Shown piece by piece: positions 26,758 to 40,019 of a DNA stretch of 64,000 bases (positions are counted from its first letter, which is position 1; every line of letters starts with the position of its first letter). The stretch spans positions 13,016,587 through 13,080,586 of the forward strand of contig CM120648.1 of assembly GCA_051362555.1 (NCBI GenBank), written 5' to 3'. The DNA is from Lingula anatina. Taxonomy: Eukaryota > Animalia > Brachiopoda. A program made the translations under genes and the position numbers. The notes beneath the pieces are model-generated. The model had not been told where the DNA came from, did not search any database, and saw nothing but the letters and a program-made list of their open reading frames with translations.

Positions 26758-29700
26758 ATACACACATACCAATACACTTCACACACACACACACACATAC
26801 ACACATACACACACACACATACACACACACACACATACACACACACACACTGCATGTGCATGTGGACAAATAAAGCACATCATCATGCATGCACACAGCA
26901 ACTTACATAGACGAAATGTGCACACACACACACAGGCATGCATGCACACACGCACGCAGAAAACAAATGAATGTGCAAACATAGATCTCCATACCGTATC
27001 CCATCTGCCACCAACTAAAGGCAATGTACAAACTAATCAAGATGGCGCCAATGGGGTCGGCATACGGCCACAGCTTATCGCCTGCAGTAGACACGAATAC
27101 AACAATTATTTTTACAATCTAAAACATTGTTTAGACACATATAATTAAAAATTCCAGGGAACTCTTCTTTTATATACAGTAGATCCTGCATAACTTGTTA
27201 CCTCAAATTATTACTTCCAATTATTCTCATCTTTTCTTTGGTTTTAGCTGAAACTAATGAAAACATTGCCTAATATGACAATCAAGAGTCCCAACTAAAT
27301 GATCTTGAACAAATCAAGGATGTTCAATTTACGTTTAACTTAAATTTTTGAACAAATTAACATTCTAACCTCTCATTTTTCAAGCTCTTGGGATGCATTC
27401 TTAAGACAACAAAAACTTAAAGGCTGCACATGTTTTGATACGAAGGAAATGGGACATCACAAGAAAAATGCTTGGTTATGTTTATTTTTGCTTGTCATCC
27501 TTCTTTTCAAATAAATATATCAAGGAGCAAGAAAACATGCTAAAATCCCTATCAAACAAAGGCCCCATTCAGAATAGGGGACTAACTAGTCTGAGGGTCA
27601 AATATCATGGCAACCCACTACAAAGCTTGCTGTATAATCCCCTAAGATACACTAAATACATATCCCGTGGGGAAGTATTCAAGTTGATCATCCATATTTG
27701 ACCCTCGGAATAGTTAGTCCCCTATTCTGAATGGGGCCAAAGAGAGACAAAATTATAACTTGGTAGACAATGATCAGAAACTATGTATCCTACTAAACCT
27801 GTCAGAATCCCTTAAAGCAGTAACTTGATTTGCAGAATTATTATTTATATTCTAATACACAAGTATCTACCATTTTAAATTATTTGTCTCTTTTTTCTTA
27901 CTTGTAATATGTTTTTAATAAGGTAGCATTTTTTTGTTTAGAATAATACAAACAGCCAGCAAAGTTAACATGTAACACCTATAAGCTGAAAAACATTACT
28001 ATCATTATTATTATTTAATGAATTAATTCATTAAAATATTCTAGGGGCAGGGGAGGGAGAAGGTTCCTCCAAAGCTTGAAGGGGCACCTTAACTGAAGGT
28101 GCTGTGTCTTTTCCCAGAGCAACCACTGAAAAACTATCCGAGGTAATTTTATTGGCCTGAATCTTTGTTTTAACCTGTTCATCTGCACAACACGCATCAT
28201 GTGTTTCCATATCCTTAAGTGCACATGCCACAAACAATTCTATAAAAATATCTCAATTAATAGTTACTTGAAAACAGGGTGTTTAAAAGATTAAAGGCAG
28301 GAAGGCTGGAAAATAGTTCAATTGCTTAACAATACACACCTTGAGCCTGTTTTATAGATGCACCATTGTCTGAAAATTGGTCTAAACTTGACCCAGGCAA
28401 AGACAAATCAGTATTAGTCCAAATAAATTAAAAATTTTGCTGTCTTATAACAAGAAGGACAACTATATGGCTAAAGTTTCAGGCCAATGCTTGCTTAACT
28501 TAAGTAGACTAAGGGTTTGTCTTGAATTAAAGTATGTCACATATTGGGTCTAAGAATTCAGGCCATTTTCAGAGATAAAGCTTTTTATGTGGAAGAGTGT
28601 CTAGTTTCTGAAAAAAGGCTACAGTCAGATTTTGGACCTAAGCCCTAGCTGATGAAGGTACATCTCACATTTACATTAATTATCTTAAAGATCTTGTTGA
28701 AACTTTAAAAACTTTAAATTTAAATAGTGGAAATTTATCTTGCTTTTGATATTTAACACATTCCTATCATTATCATTTAATACTTTTATCTGAATGCATC
28801 TATCCAACCCTTTTTTGGGTGTCAAGATTTATTAATAACAATAAAACTGACAGTTCTTGGTCTCAGGAGGTAACAGTTGCCTATTCACTTTAAAATAGGT
28901 TTTTCAAATCATATGCTGTGAGCAAATCATTCTTAAAATATCATAGAGCAATACAGAAAATTGAAGTTGACTGTATACAACCTGCTACCAGATTTAAGCA
29001 GTCTTAGGATCCACCAACCTCATTCAGAATAGGGGACTAACTAGTCCCAAGGTCAAATATGGCGACCCATGACAAAACTTGTCATCTAATCCGCTAATAG
29101 ACACTGCATAGATATCCTGTAGCGAAGTAGTCAAGTGGGTTGGCCATATTTGACTAGTTAGTCCCCTTATCTGAATGAGGCATAAGTTTAGCCCAATAAA
29201 TTTTAAGACTTTGAAGTGTTACCTATAAGTCCCATGCCTAATGCGACCAGATTAGAGAGGACGTCATTGCGATGGTCCTGAGCCAGGGCTTGGATGCTGG
29301 GATTCTTCATGCGCCGACAGAATATGAATAATATGAACTTGATGACTGAAACAAGCAAGAGTTACTGGCTAAGATAAAAGTAACACTTTTTTGTTCAGCA
29401 AAAAAATGCAAATTTATAAGCAAACAACTATTTAGAAAATCTATAAAGTTTTCTATACAATGTTAAATTGTCTTTTTTCTTCACTTATGTGATTTTTAGA
29501 GTCAAATATAGACTTTTTTATATTTTAACATTACATGTTGTTTAAAAGATTCAAAAATAGTCTTTTTGATATTCTAAAAGACTCACTGACAAATCTTTAA
29601 CAGTAAAATCAAGCTGTAAGACACTATAAACAAATTTCATATTAGGTATTTCAATTCTCCAAAATAGCATATAATTATAATTGTAATAACACCAAAAAGA

Positions 29701-32164
29701 ATGAAGAAGCAGACAAAGAACCTACCAATGGTGCTACAGATGATGACAATAGTTGATATATCCATGTTAACTGTTCTTGGATTTCCCTGAGCAAGGCTGA
29801 CAATGATCTCTATGGATTCTACAATCAGCTGTGCGGAAGCCAGAGACATGATGACGGAGAGGATGACGATGGCTACTGGCTCAAGTTTTGTGCGTCCTGC
29901 AATATGGATGTTGCAAATGTTATCTGGTTGGAGGAATTTTAAATAATTTTAGGAAGGCCGTTTTTAAAATCTTAAACAACTGACAAAGCCGTGTGTGTGT
30001 GTAAGGGAGAGGAGAAATACAGTAAAAGAGGAGTGAACAAGGGAACAGATAAAATATGGTAAAGGAGAGTGACTGAGAGTGACAGAGAGAATAAGACAGA
30101 GGAAAGGAGACATAGAGAGGAGGGGAGAGGGAGAGTGAGTGAATGACAGAGAAATAGAGGGTGGAAGACAAAGACAGAGAGAGAGAGTGAATGAGTGAGA
30201 AATCGAGAAAGAGTGTGGGTGAAGAAAGGGTCAGATAAAAAGGGAGTTAGAGAGTGAGTGAAAGAGAGAAAGAGTAAGAAAAAGAAAGATACAGAGATAG
30301 GGGATAGAGTGTGAATCAGTGACAGGCTGAGAGAGAATATTAGTGGAAGGAAAAGGTCGAGTGTGAGAGGGAGAGAGAAAGATAGAATCAGAAACCAACA
30401 GGACACACACTGGCACACTGAGTCAATCAAGAATTTAAAGGTATGCCAACTTTGCACCTTGTGGATAAACATAGGGGTCTCTCTTCTTCATGGCTCTGCT
30501 GCTCCACCAAATGACCAGTCCGGATAGCAGGTCCACCACACTGTCCACCAGGCTGGAGATGACCGATAGTGACCCAGACAATCCTGCCGCCACTGCCTTA
30601 GCGATCATCAGTAACTATAGAAACAGGAATAAACAACAATGATTAGGTACAAAGAATTATGGGAAAGGTCATCTCAAGGTAAAATGAAGGCCACTGCCTT
30701 GGTTATCAGCAGAACCTATAACGATACAAATAGACATAAACAATCCTGCTGAGGTAAAAAGATTTTTAACAAAGGTCAACTGAAGGTCAAGCTGGAAATG
30801 ACTAGGGGACCCTTCCACAAACGAACTTAAGTTTTTTTAGCTAGAACCTTAGTTTTTTTGTTTAGTGAAAAAGTCTGCAGAATATACTAACTTACTATAT
30901 TTATGCCCAAGGTAATCTTAGCTACAAGGCTGGCTTTACTCCGTTCTTTTTTTGCTGTCTCCTCCGTCTGCAGATCTACATCGAGATGCTGAGTATCCTC
31001 AAACTCCACGATCAGCTCATCCTGAGCTTTGTAAAAATGCCTGGAATTGTTTTCAATAAAGAAACATGTTAGAAACTGCCCTTATTTATTAACTGGTAGC
31101 CTGAAAGTGTCAATACTATCTTTGTCTCTATTAGTGCCAAAATTGCCCTAATTTGTTCCTTTCAATAAATGATGTACATGTACATATCATTTGAAATGAA
31201 TAAGTCGAGTTTTAAAAATATGCTTGTTTGTGAAAATAAGAACCAATTGAAGCAATCCAAGAAGAAACTTAAAATATTTTTTCAAGGTACCTGACTGATT
31301 TTGGTAGTTTTTTATCTTCTTTCTGTTTTCCCCTCTTTTTGGAAGTGAACATGTTGATGGAAAAGGGCCATGCTGACTTCTCCTCATCATCTTTATCTGC
31401 AAGTGAATAATATGAATCCAAATTATACCAAGCTTGAATATTTTCAACCTAAATTGTTTTTTTTTTTGTCACAAACTAACATTTTAAAATACTCATAAGA
31501 AACACTTACTAGTAATTGTCAATCTGACATCTTATCGCAATATTTTTTTCCAAATTTGATAAGATGACATTTCAAGGCTGTGGCATTTTAATTGAAATCC
31601 AAAACCAAAAGTCAGGAGATTGGTTAATTAAAACCTTTCCAACCACATTGACCAAAAAAACTGAAATTAAACAATATTAATATCCAACACAAGCCCAATC
31701 ACCGACATTACTTTGTACTTGCTATCTTCATATGTATATATAATACTACTTTTAATTTAATATTAGATTACAGTCTCAAATATACAATCATATATATCTA
31801 CAGAGAGAGAGAAAATCCGAATTGTTCTTTCTTTTATCTGTATTTCTCACTTTGTAAAGTATTTTATCCTGCAATTTTAAAACTTACCTCTTAAATCTGC
31901 TACAAGCAGTTTTTCAGCAGGCCCTCCATTCTTCAAGACATGAGTATTATTTGGCAACTTCGATGCCAGGTTCAATGGTTTATGACAGCGACAGAAGTGT
32001 CTATTAACAACTTTTCTGCGAACATTTTGCTCTGATCTGTGCATTTCGTCTAAGCCCCCAGCAGACTTGCTTACTGCCACTGCATTTCTATCGAAATCAA
32101 GTTCCTGTGGATCGTATGTTGGCAAATCCAACATCGACACATACTTAAGCATGTCGGCTACCAT
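25557..32164 (-). CDS. Cation diffusion facilitator of the Mn-CDF clade (plant MTP8/9/10/11-like); short isoform about 456 aa
   Basis: Exons 32164-31888, 31396-31291, 31040-30896, 30614-30458, 29896-29726, 29345-29223, 27081-26995 and 25861-25557 join in frame at GT-AG sites. Motifs: [29 protein letters not shown] (TM2 DxxxD), [23 protein letters not shown] (TM5 DxxxD), [55 protein letters not shown]. Confidence 0.93.
26690..26960. repeat. Compound (CA)n microsatellite
   Basis: Interrupted CA/CATA tracts; source of the spurious CVCV/HTHT ORFs. Confidence 0.95.
27561..27738. mobile_element. Tourist-like MITE (second copy at about 29016-29182)
   Basis: TIR GGCCCCATTCAGAATAGGGGACTAACTA at both ends, flanked by AAA/AAA. 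Confidence 0.85.
29016..29182. mobile_element. Tourist-like MITE, same family as 27561-27738
   Basis: CCTCATTCAGAATAGGGGACTAACTAGT...ACTAGTTAGTCCCCTTATCTGAATGAGG. Confidence 0.8.
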
Positions 32165-34559
32165 TTTGATTCTTGCCTAAAGCAACCCCAGACACTTAAA
32201 ATGGAGTCAATGTTGCTGCATTTTCCAGTCACGAAGAACTTGCCATGTAAACAAGGCACATAATTAATAACCCGTGCACTTTATCATTGTTCATAACATT
32301 TCCTGAGCTTAATATAAGATCTTCAGTGTAGATACATGTACCTTGGCTGTTTCTGGAAAAATATGAACTGTCCATAGAGCCAGCAAGTCAAGCATACCTC
32401 TGTTTTTAGTTCTTGTGAAGACATATGGTAATGACTTGATCCTTTCAATTGGGAAAATCATGAATTTTACAGATACTAGTACTTCATTTTTTTAAGTCAT
32501 GAATTCTTTTAAGTAGAACGCTCATATCCAGTAACAGCAAAAAAAAAAAAAAGGCTACTTTGTAGTTTTATTCTAAATAGCAAAACTACTGCAAATGCTA
32601 CACAGAAATTTATTAATTCTTAGTGTTTCCAAAATTAGGAATCTGAAAAATTGATGATTTTTCCCCATTGAGATCACTGAGTCATTACCTTCTTTGCAGT
32701 AAAAAACAGCAAACATACATAATTGGAATAAAAATATGTAGTTATTACTGTAGTTTCATGGCAAAAAACATCCTAGCTGAACCCGCCTATTCAAGTAACA
32801 TCTCCAAGATAAATACAATATTCTCTGAAATAAATCCAACAGCTAGAAGTTACACAGCTGAAGTTTACAGTAGGGATTCTCTGCAAGTGTGAAGTACTAC
32901 TGGTTTTGAATATCAACTACTGTTAACATGCACTGTATACCTTACAGGGTGTCTGAAAATGTTTGACACAAAATTAAACTCTATCAAAACTTGGCCATGG
33001 TTAGATGAACTGGATATAAGAGAGATCTTGGAGCTGTTTTACAAAATTATTTTTGAAACGAAGCTTGCCTTGCATTCAAGACCAAATATGTATGCCCTAT
33101 TGGCATCATACCACTTGTGAACCCTTATATTTTAGGCATTTAGTAAAGAGACAGAAAAACCTCTAAAATTTTGTTGTCCATCTCATTGTTTCTAACTCTA
33201 CACACCACACATGGCCTAAAACTAGACAGGGCACCATAAAAAAAGAAAAAATGGCCTATATTCCTTTTCATCTCAATTTGAAATAGGTTGTTTTTTATGA
33301 ATCAACCTGCATATCTCCTTTAATAAATCTAAGTCTCCCTAAAACCTTAAATCATAATAGGTTATGTCAGTGTCATTTTCTATAACATTTACATTTATTT
33401 AGGCAATGTCCTTAAAATGTGTCACAGAACACCATAAAATACCTGGTATATTTATCTCTGCAAGAACTACTATGACTGTATGCCAAATATCTCATGTCAA
33501 TTATTGCCACATAAAATTATATAAATCCTTTTGTATATGCAAGCTTTATACCCTCTGTAGTCACCCGTGTCCCAGTTAGGACTGAGTGAGGAATCATTCC
33601 ACCTGGCATGGTGACAGAGTGTATACTTAAAGTCAGGCAATGTTTAGTGTCTGTATGTCTCTACACATCTGTAACTGACTTCTTTTACTAAAGAAAAATG
33701 CCATAAGGAACAACCATCATTAATAAAGATAGAGACAATGTCTCTATACCTCCCCCTTCTCTCTCTCTCTCTGTGTGTGTCTGTGTGTGTATCAGCACAC
33801 TTTTTTTTTTTGGTGTTGAGGACCCTTAGTTATAAACTGATATTCAATAGTTTTCATTAGTAAATCAATTTGGGCTCAGATATCATTTGTCTCACTAAAT
33901 TGTTACAAAAGTAGTGCTACTATTCCAAAGAAATCCACTGAGACATAAAAGAAGTATTTTCCTTGATACGATATTTGCTTTCACTAGAATACCATAATGA
34001 TATCCATCTTTCATTTCAACTTTCTGACATTCAGTCTTTTTTTTACATCAATAATGAATGTGACATAACCTAAAAAACACAAAGAGGAGACTGAAAAATA
34101 ATTCTGTGGCTCTATTCAGACAGGGAATCAATTTTTCATCTTAGGTAAACCTAAGAGTCTTATCCATATGCTATATATATAATGGCGCAGATTGAGTCTG
34201 AAGACTCCCCTTTACTACTTTTCAACTGGAAATATTCTTCAACAAACTGACCAGTGTTTATAGAAACTGATAACAGCAATATGGTCATCTCTCTCTAACC
34301 TTTGTCCAGTTCATAGTTAAACAAAAACTGGCCTCCACTCACCCCTCCTTATTTAATACCAGCTCTCCTAAAACCTGAAAAAGCAATGTTTCTAAGAAAC
34401 TACAATATCATATGAAACAGTAAATAACACCTGTTCAGCAAACTGTTTGTCCTTAAATAACCCACTGAGCCAGAAAAAGTATCCCAAAAACATCTTCCAT
34501 TACTACTGGTACCTCAATTACCTATCAATCAAGTCTCTTGCGGGGTGACCTGACCACTC

Positions 34560-35151
34560 TTAGCAAAATTTCAGGCCCCCTGCAAATTTGCAGCAATTTT
34601 ACTGCAATACTGCCACAAACCACAATTCCTTCTTGCAAACTTGCAGTAAATTTGCTGCAATATGGCTGCAGATTAGCAGCAATAAATTTTTTCTTGCAAA
34701 TTCCTGCAAACTTGTTGCAAACTTTTCATTTTGCTACAGGGATGCAGACCCAGTGAAAAACACCAAAACATTATCAGACTTGGGTACTAATACAGGGGGG
34801 AGAGATAGAGGACGTCTTCTGGGTCTTCTGTAAGATGGTCAAATTCCTGCAAACTTGTTGCTGAAGCTTTTAGTTTGCAGCGATATTGCTGCAACTATGC
34901 TGCAAACTTTTCATTTTGCTAAAGGGATGCAAACCCAGTGAAAAACACCAAAATATTATCAGACTTAGGTACTAATACAGGGGCAGATAGAGGACATCTT
35001 CTGGGTCTTCTGTAAGATGGACAGTATTTTTTAGTTTATACATTGACAGGCATCTAACTTTTTCTGCTGGAAGAGGGTCAAAAATGGAGGATGGATCAAC
35101 AAAGATAATTTGGAAGACTGTCAGAAAATATCTCTGGATCTGCACAGCTTG
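34560..35151. mobile_element. MITE cluster with a local tandem duplication (TTGCAGCAA-rich MITE plus CAGGGG MITE at 34978-35151)
   Basis: 34700-34840 is roughly repeated at 34840-35020. The TTGCAGCAA element is related by reverse complement to 9808-9926. The CAGGGG copy is flanked by TAATA/TAATA. Confidence 0.65.
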
Positions 35152-35914
35152 TAATAAGTTCAGTTTTTTAGGGTACTTATACGTTCAGTTTCATCCATCT
35201 GGGTGAATAATCCAGTTTGTTAATTTTTACCTCTAATTTTTCTCAGGCTGAAAAAATTAAATGGCAAAAATTAACACATTAAAACATTGCTTAATTCCCA
35301 TCACTATCTTAGTCTTGTAAGCTAAAAATCAATACAATTGACAAATGACCTGGAGAAAAAAAACCTGTCTAAACTATGCAAAGAGTATAGAGCTAGAGAA
35401 GTTCAAACCTTTATCTGCAGCCTTTCTTGTTCAAACATTGATAAGACCAACTAACATTTGATTCAACAACACTGCAAATATCTATTAATATCCCTCATTA
35501 CTGATAAAGCTCAAGTTTATGGAGTTGGTTCTTACACATGACGGCACCAGTATCCAACAATTTTCATTGTGCACTGCCACTTTTTATCCAACAATAATCT
35601 ACCACACCACTTTTACCATATTTTCTTTTCTCATTCAGGGAGTCATCTTCCTCATAATGTAGATCACATGGCATATTTTTATTACATTAATAAGCAATCG
35701 ATAACCAATTCTGGATATAGCAAATTGCATCCAATTACGCCTAAAGGACCCACATGTTATGTATTTCCCATACACGCATGCCATGCATGAATACACAATG
35801 GGTTTCTGGACATCCATCGTAATTTCAGTCAAACACACGCCTCATCAGCAAGGTTTAGGCATAGGACAATATGATCACACCTGACTCCTTGATGCATTAT
35901 CAGAAATTTGTCAT

Positions 35915-36125
35915 AAAAATCATCATGATCATCATTCAGAGCCTTCAGTGTCCCACATGTGTATTCTGTCTTGGGCTTCACTCTTTCAGTTTGGTTTTTT
36001 CTAGTACTCATCTTACCATCCATCCATCTCTTACGAAGCTTCCCTTGTTTCGTATGTCCATATCTTGGTGTCCATTCTGACAGCCTTATTGTCCATATGC
36101 ATGTCATCTTTGATTTTACTAACAT
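35915..36125 (-). mobile_element. 3' fragment of an RTE-clade LINE
   Basis: WTIRLSEWTPRYGHTKQGKLRKRWMD matches the RTE ORF C-terminus (WT.r..eW.Pr.gkr.rGrp..RW.D), followed on the minus strand by a (TGA)n-like tail. Confidence 0.65.
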
Positions 36126-36425
36126 GTCCTTCCCATTGTCATTTCATTTCTTTAACTGTTACAATATAAGCAATATATATAAGTTATAATAATATATATA
36201 TAAGTAGCACATCAGTCATAAAAATAGTGTCAACTTTTTTCAAAATTTCCTACAGGTGTGTCTCAGTAGGGTTATGTACTTCCACACACATACATATGCG
36301 AGCACACACACAAGCATGCACATGATTACACACATGCACAAACACACACACGCATTCACATTTTTACCTTTAGATTCCAGGACTTCCAAGTATAAAGGCT
36401 ATGCAGTATATATACACCCACACAT

Positions 36426-36555
36426 CACTAGTGGGCTTGAATTGGTCTTAAAGCAGATTCAGTCCATTTTAAGACTACTGCTGTAATGTTTAAGATCGTG
36501 TAAGATCACTTGTGAACTTATATTGCACTTTAAGACTAATTCCAGCCCACTAGTA
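36426..36555. mobile_element. CACTA-type MITE
   Basis: CACTAGTGGGCTTGAATTGGTCTTAAAG...CTTTAAGACTAATTCCAGCCCACTAGTA with a 3-bp CAT duplication. Confidence 0.7.
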
Positions 36556-38259
36556 CATGTGCACACACACCAACATTTACCTATTCTAAAATATAAAAAC
36601 AGTACAATGTATTATATCATATTTAGCACACTCAAAGTAACTCTTGCTTAAAACTTTGTCACAGCAATTAACTCTCATCAATTCATTACTACTCAAAGTA
36701 CTGAACGGAACAATATTTCCAGCAATCATTGTCACTCTTTAATATTTCCACTTAAGTGTGAATGGACATCCTATTTCATACCATTTAATATACACCATTG
36801 TAATGCAGTATTCCTCTTCTGATATCAAGGCAAATTATCCCACGGATGGCAGACTTTCAGATTTGAACAAAAAGCTTTCCACTCAAAGAAAGAAACGTGT
36901 CAATATTTCCAGTCAAAATGCTTCTAAATGTCAATGTTTCCAAATTAATGAAAACTGACATCTTATTTAACCTATTCTTGCAGTTATAAGTGCATTGCTA
37001 AATAATGAATAAGTTAATTTGCAAGTAAACTGATTTACAATTATTTTAAACTGCCACTGCTTTATAATGAGCCACCAGCACTAATGAAATAATTAATCCT
37101 GATTCTTCCACAAAGATTTGAGTGATTTCCTGTTGTGCGATGACATTTAGAGAGCTATGTCATGCCTCCAAAGCTACATTTTTTCAGTTACTGTAACAGC
37201 AATATTCAATTTACCGAGCCTTTCACCTAATCATATTTACATACTGATTGTATAATTCCGCCTGAGTGTGCTTTTGGATTTAATGCTAGAAATGAACATT
37301 TGCTGCTAGATCAGACATCAATATCGAAATATGGAAATAAAGCTGGAGAACTGCAATTAATGCAAGTTAAAAAGAACCATTAAGCCCCTATAGAATTTTG
37401 CTGTATAACTGTAATGATATATATAAACAGCATGCCCATTTTAAAAATAAAAATATCAACTTGTTAACTAGAGTTCACACTGATTCCATTTGTACTTAGG
37501 CAAAGTAAGTTAAGATACCTCCATCATCTCTGTATTATTTATGTGCAACATAAGATTCAGTTCATCTACATATAATTCATTTCACCTGTTATTATTCTCA
37601 GCCATCAACTGTGCTGCATGCCTCATCTAGGAAAATAAATGCCCCCATCGCAACATCCTGCAAGTTAAACAGAGCTCACAACCAAGGTTAATTATGAGTT
37701 TTGGCCTCAATAAAATAACTCACTTTATACCTATCTATAAGCAGACACATCTATACAGGTAGAGTTGTCAAAGATGCTCAACAGACTTGAAATTGCAAAT
37801 ACTCTATAACTGATGTTAGTGTGTATACTACTTGAACAAGTTTGTATATATAACTTCCACACATAAGAATCTATACACATGTATATATGCACACTGATAA
37901 TATACATTGTATATATGTGTTAATATATATCTGTACATGAACATACCTTCCCATAAATACATGCATATTCACACTGAGAATACTTATTGTACATATGTAC
38001 ATGTATATACATGTATCTGTATATGAACATACCTTAATTCCCACAGGACTGCTACATTTGTTTTCAGCAGTCAGCTGTTTGCTATACTGACCTACACCTA
38101 CATTTGTACACAAAATCTGCACACCATGGCCAGAAATATGCTCTGAAATATCCAGTTTTAATCTAAATGATACAAATACCAATCCATCAAAAGCAACCAG
38201 CCGTCTGAGATGTAAATTTTACAAATACTCATCCATCAGAGGGAATCAGCTGTTTGAGA

Positions 38260-38805
38260 GTCACGCTTGTCTTTGATTTTAAGTTGCACGGTCAAGGTGA
38301 GTAGTGACCCAATTAACTTAAACTATGTATATCTTTGATTCTAAAATGTCCACCAAGCTATCAAGTGACCCCATTTAATGGAAATATGTCTGCCTTATTT
38401 GGTCACCAGGGTATTTATATAGTGTGCCCCAATTATTAAGTAACGTAAAGCAAGTTTTTTATTGATTCTAAACTGTCATCAAGTAAAAGCAAGGGGACCT
38501 TGGAATGTAAAACATGTCTCTGTCTTTGACTTTAAAATGTCACCTGGGTATCAAGTGCCAAAATTAATTTAACACATACATCTATTGATTTTAAAATGCC
38601 ATCACGGTTTTAACTGACCCAGTTAACTTAAAGCATGTCTGGCTTTGATTCTTAAATAGTAACCAAGGTGTTAAGTGACCCCATTAAATTAAAACAGCGT
38701 ATCTTTGCTTCTCAAATGTCACTTAGATATTAAATGACCATGAGCAACTTGAAAACATGCTTCTATTTGAATCTTAAATATCATCAAGGTTTTTTAATGA
38801 CCTAA
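38260..38805. repeat. Old diverged tandem repeat, unit about 60 bp
   Basis: Recurring CAAGTGACCC..TTAA..AAACATGTCT..CTTTGATTCTAAAATGTCACC, about 9 copies. Confidence 0.75.
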
Positions 38806-39273
38806 ACCATGCAAAAGATAATTACCACAGCTGTTTAACCTTGCAGACCTCGATCATGAATTGAATAAACCTATAGTGCCATTGGTAGGTAATCTGGCCT
38901 CATATGCATCCCTTTATATATATTTATATATAGTTCATATTGTGACAGGCCATTGGTCAGAATGGGAGCAGGCTGGACATCAGCTGGTCAATTATCATGA
39001 AGTGCAATCACACAATAGGTATTATATATATCACAGTGCCACGTCATCTGAATACATGGGGGAAGCTGAGATCTGTGTATACCATAAACTAAATCCAAAC
39101 TCAGGGCTTGCACTGTATGCTGGTAAGTCCATTTTGAGCCCCTATCCACCTAGGTTCTATGTTTTATGCTCCAATTCACCGAGGTCTACCCAGTGACTAT
39201 GTTTATAGTCTATCTAATGTTCTTAAGTCTATATTGTAGTCCAATATTTTACACCAGTCTGGCTAGACTATAA

Positions 39274-39487
39274 GGGCGCATTCCCATAGATTTTAGATCG
39301 ATCTATTCCCGAGGGGAGTCTACCTAGATAACTGTCAGATAATCTGGCTTAAATGTCCGTCCTGCCTACTACAAGCTGTAAAGGGGTAATTAACTTTCGT
39401 GCCCGCTCAGCTGACAGCTATTTAGCGTGAACCCCCAGGGAGTTAGGTCGATCTAGTTGGATTGATCTAATCTCTGGGAATGGGGTC
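39274..39487. mobile_element. Tourist/PIF-Harbinger-like MITE (copies at 50051-50297 and 57127-57341)
   Basis: GGGCGCATTCCCATAGA...TCTCTGGGAATGGGGTC with TAA on both sides; subterminal AGATCGATCT palindromes. Confidence 0.8.
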
Positions 39488-40019
39488 TAACTGTTATATT
39501 TACTGTAGCTCTAGATCTACTGTCTTCACTCTAAATATTCAGGACTAGACTGCTAGCCTATTACCAATTATGTATCAGCTACTGTAACCTATAATTATAA
39601 TGAAACAGAAATTATATATCTATCAGTGGATGAGATTTCTATATAAACCACAGACTAAGGTGATATGTGGCAAGCCACATGACTGGAAGACTGTATTGTG
39701 TAACAACTGGCAGCTTGCGATGAAATGCACATCAAGTCCACATTCAACTGTATAAGGGCAGGTTATGTCTTTTAATTTTTTTTCTGTACCTACCTTGTAG
39801 AAGATGATGTCTATGCTCTCTGTTGCTCTTGGTAGAATTAAACCAAAGTCATAATATGATAATAAAATAATGATATCAAATAAATTTGATACCTTATTTC
39901 CTGCTTGATCTTCAATGACTGTTGCCAAATGTTGCTGTTTTTTAGCCAACGTTCTTTGGCAAACTTAATCCAAAAATAAACTAGCATTCTAAAAAACATA
40001 CTCAAACTCTACCACTTAC

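Noticed and set aside
39893-39950. Extra Mn-CDF exon (LAKKQQHLATVIEDQAGNK)
   Set aside because: The open frame ends in phase 0, which is incompatible with the phase-1 neighbours, and it has no clear acceptor or ATG.
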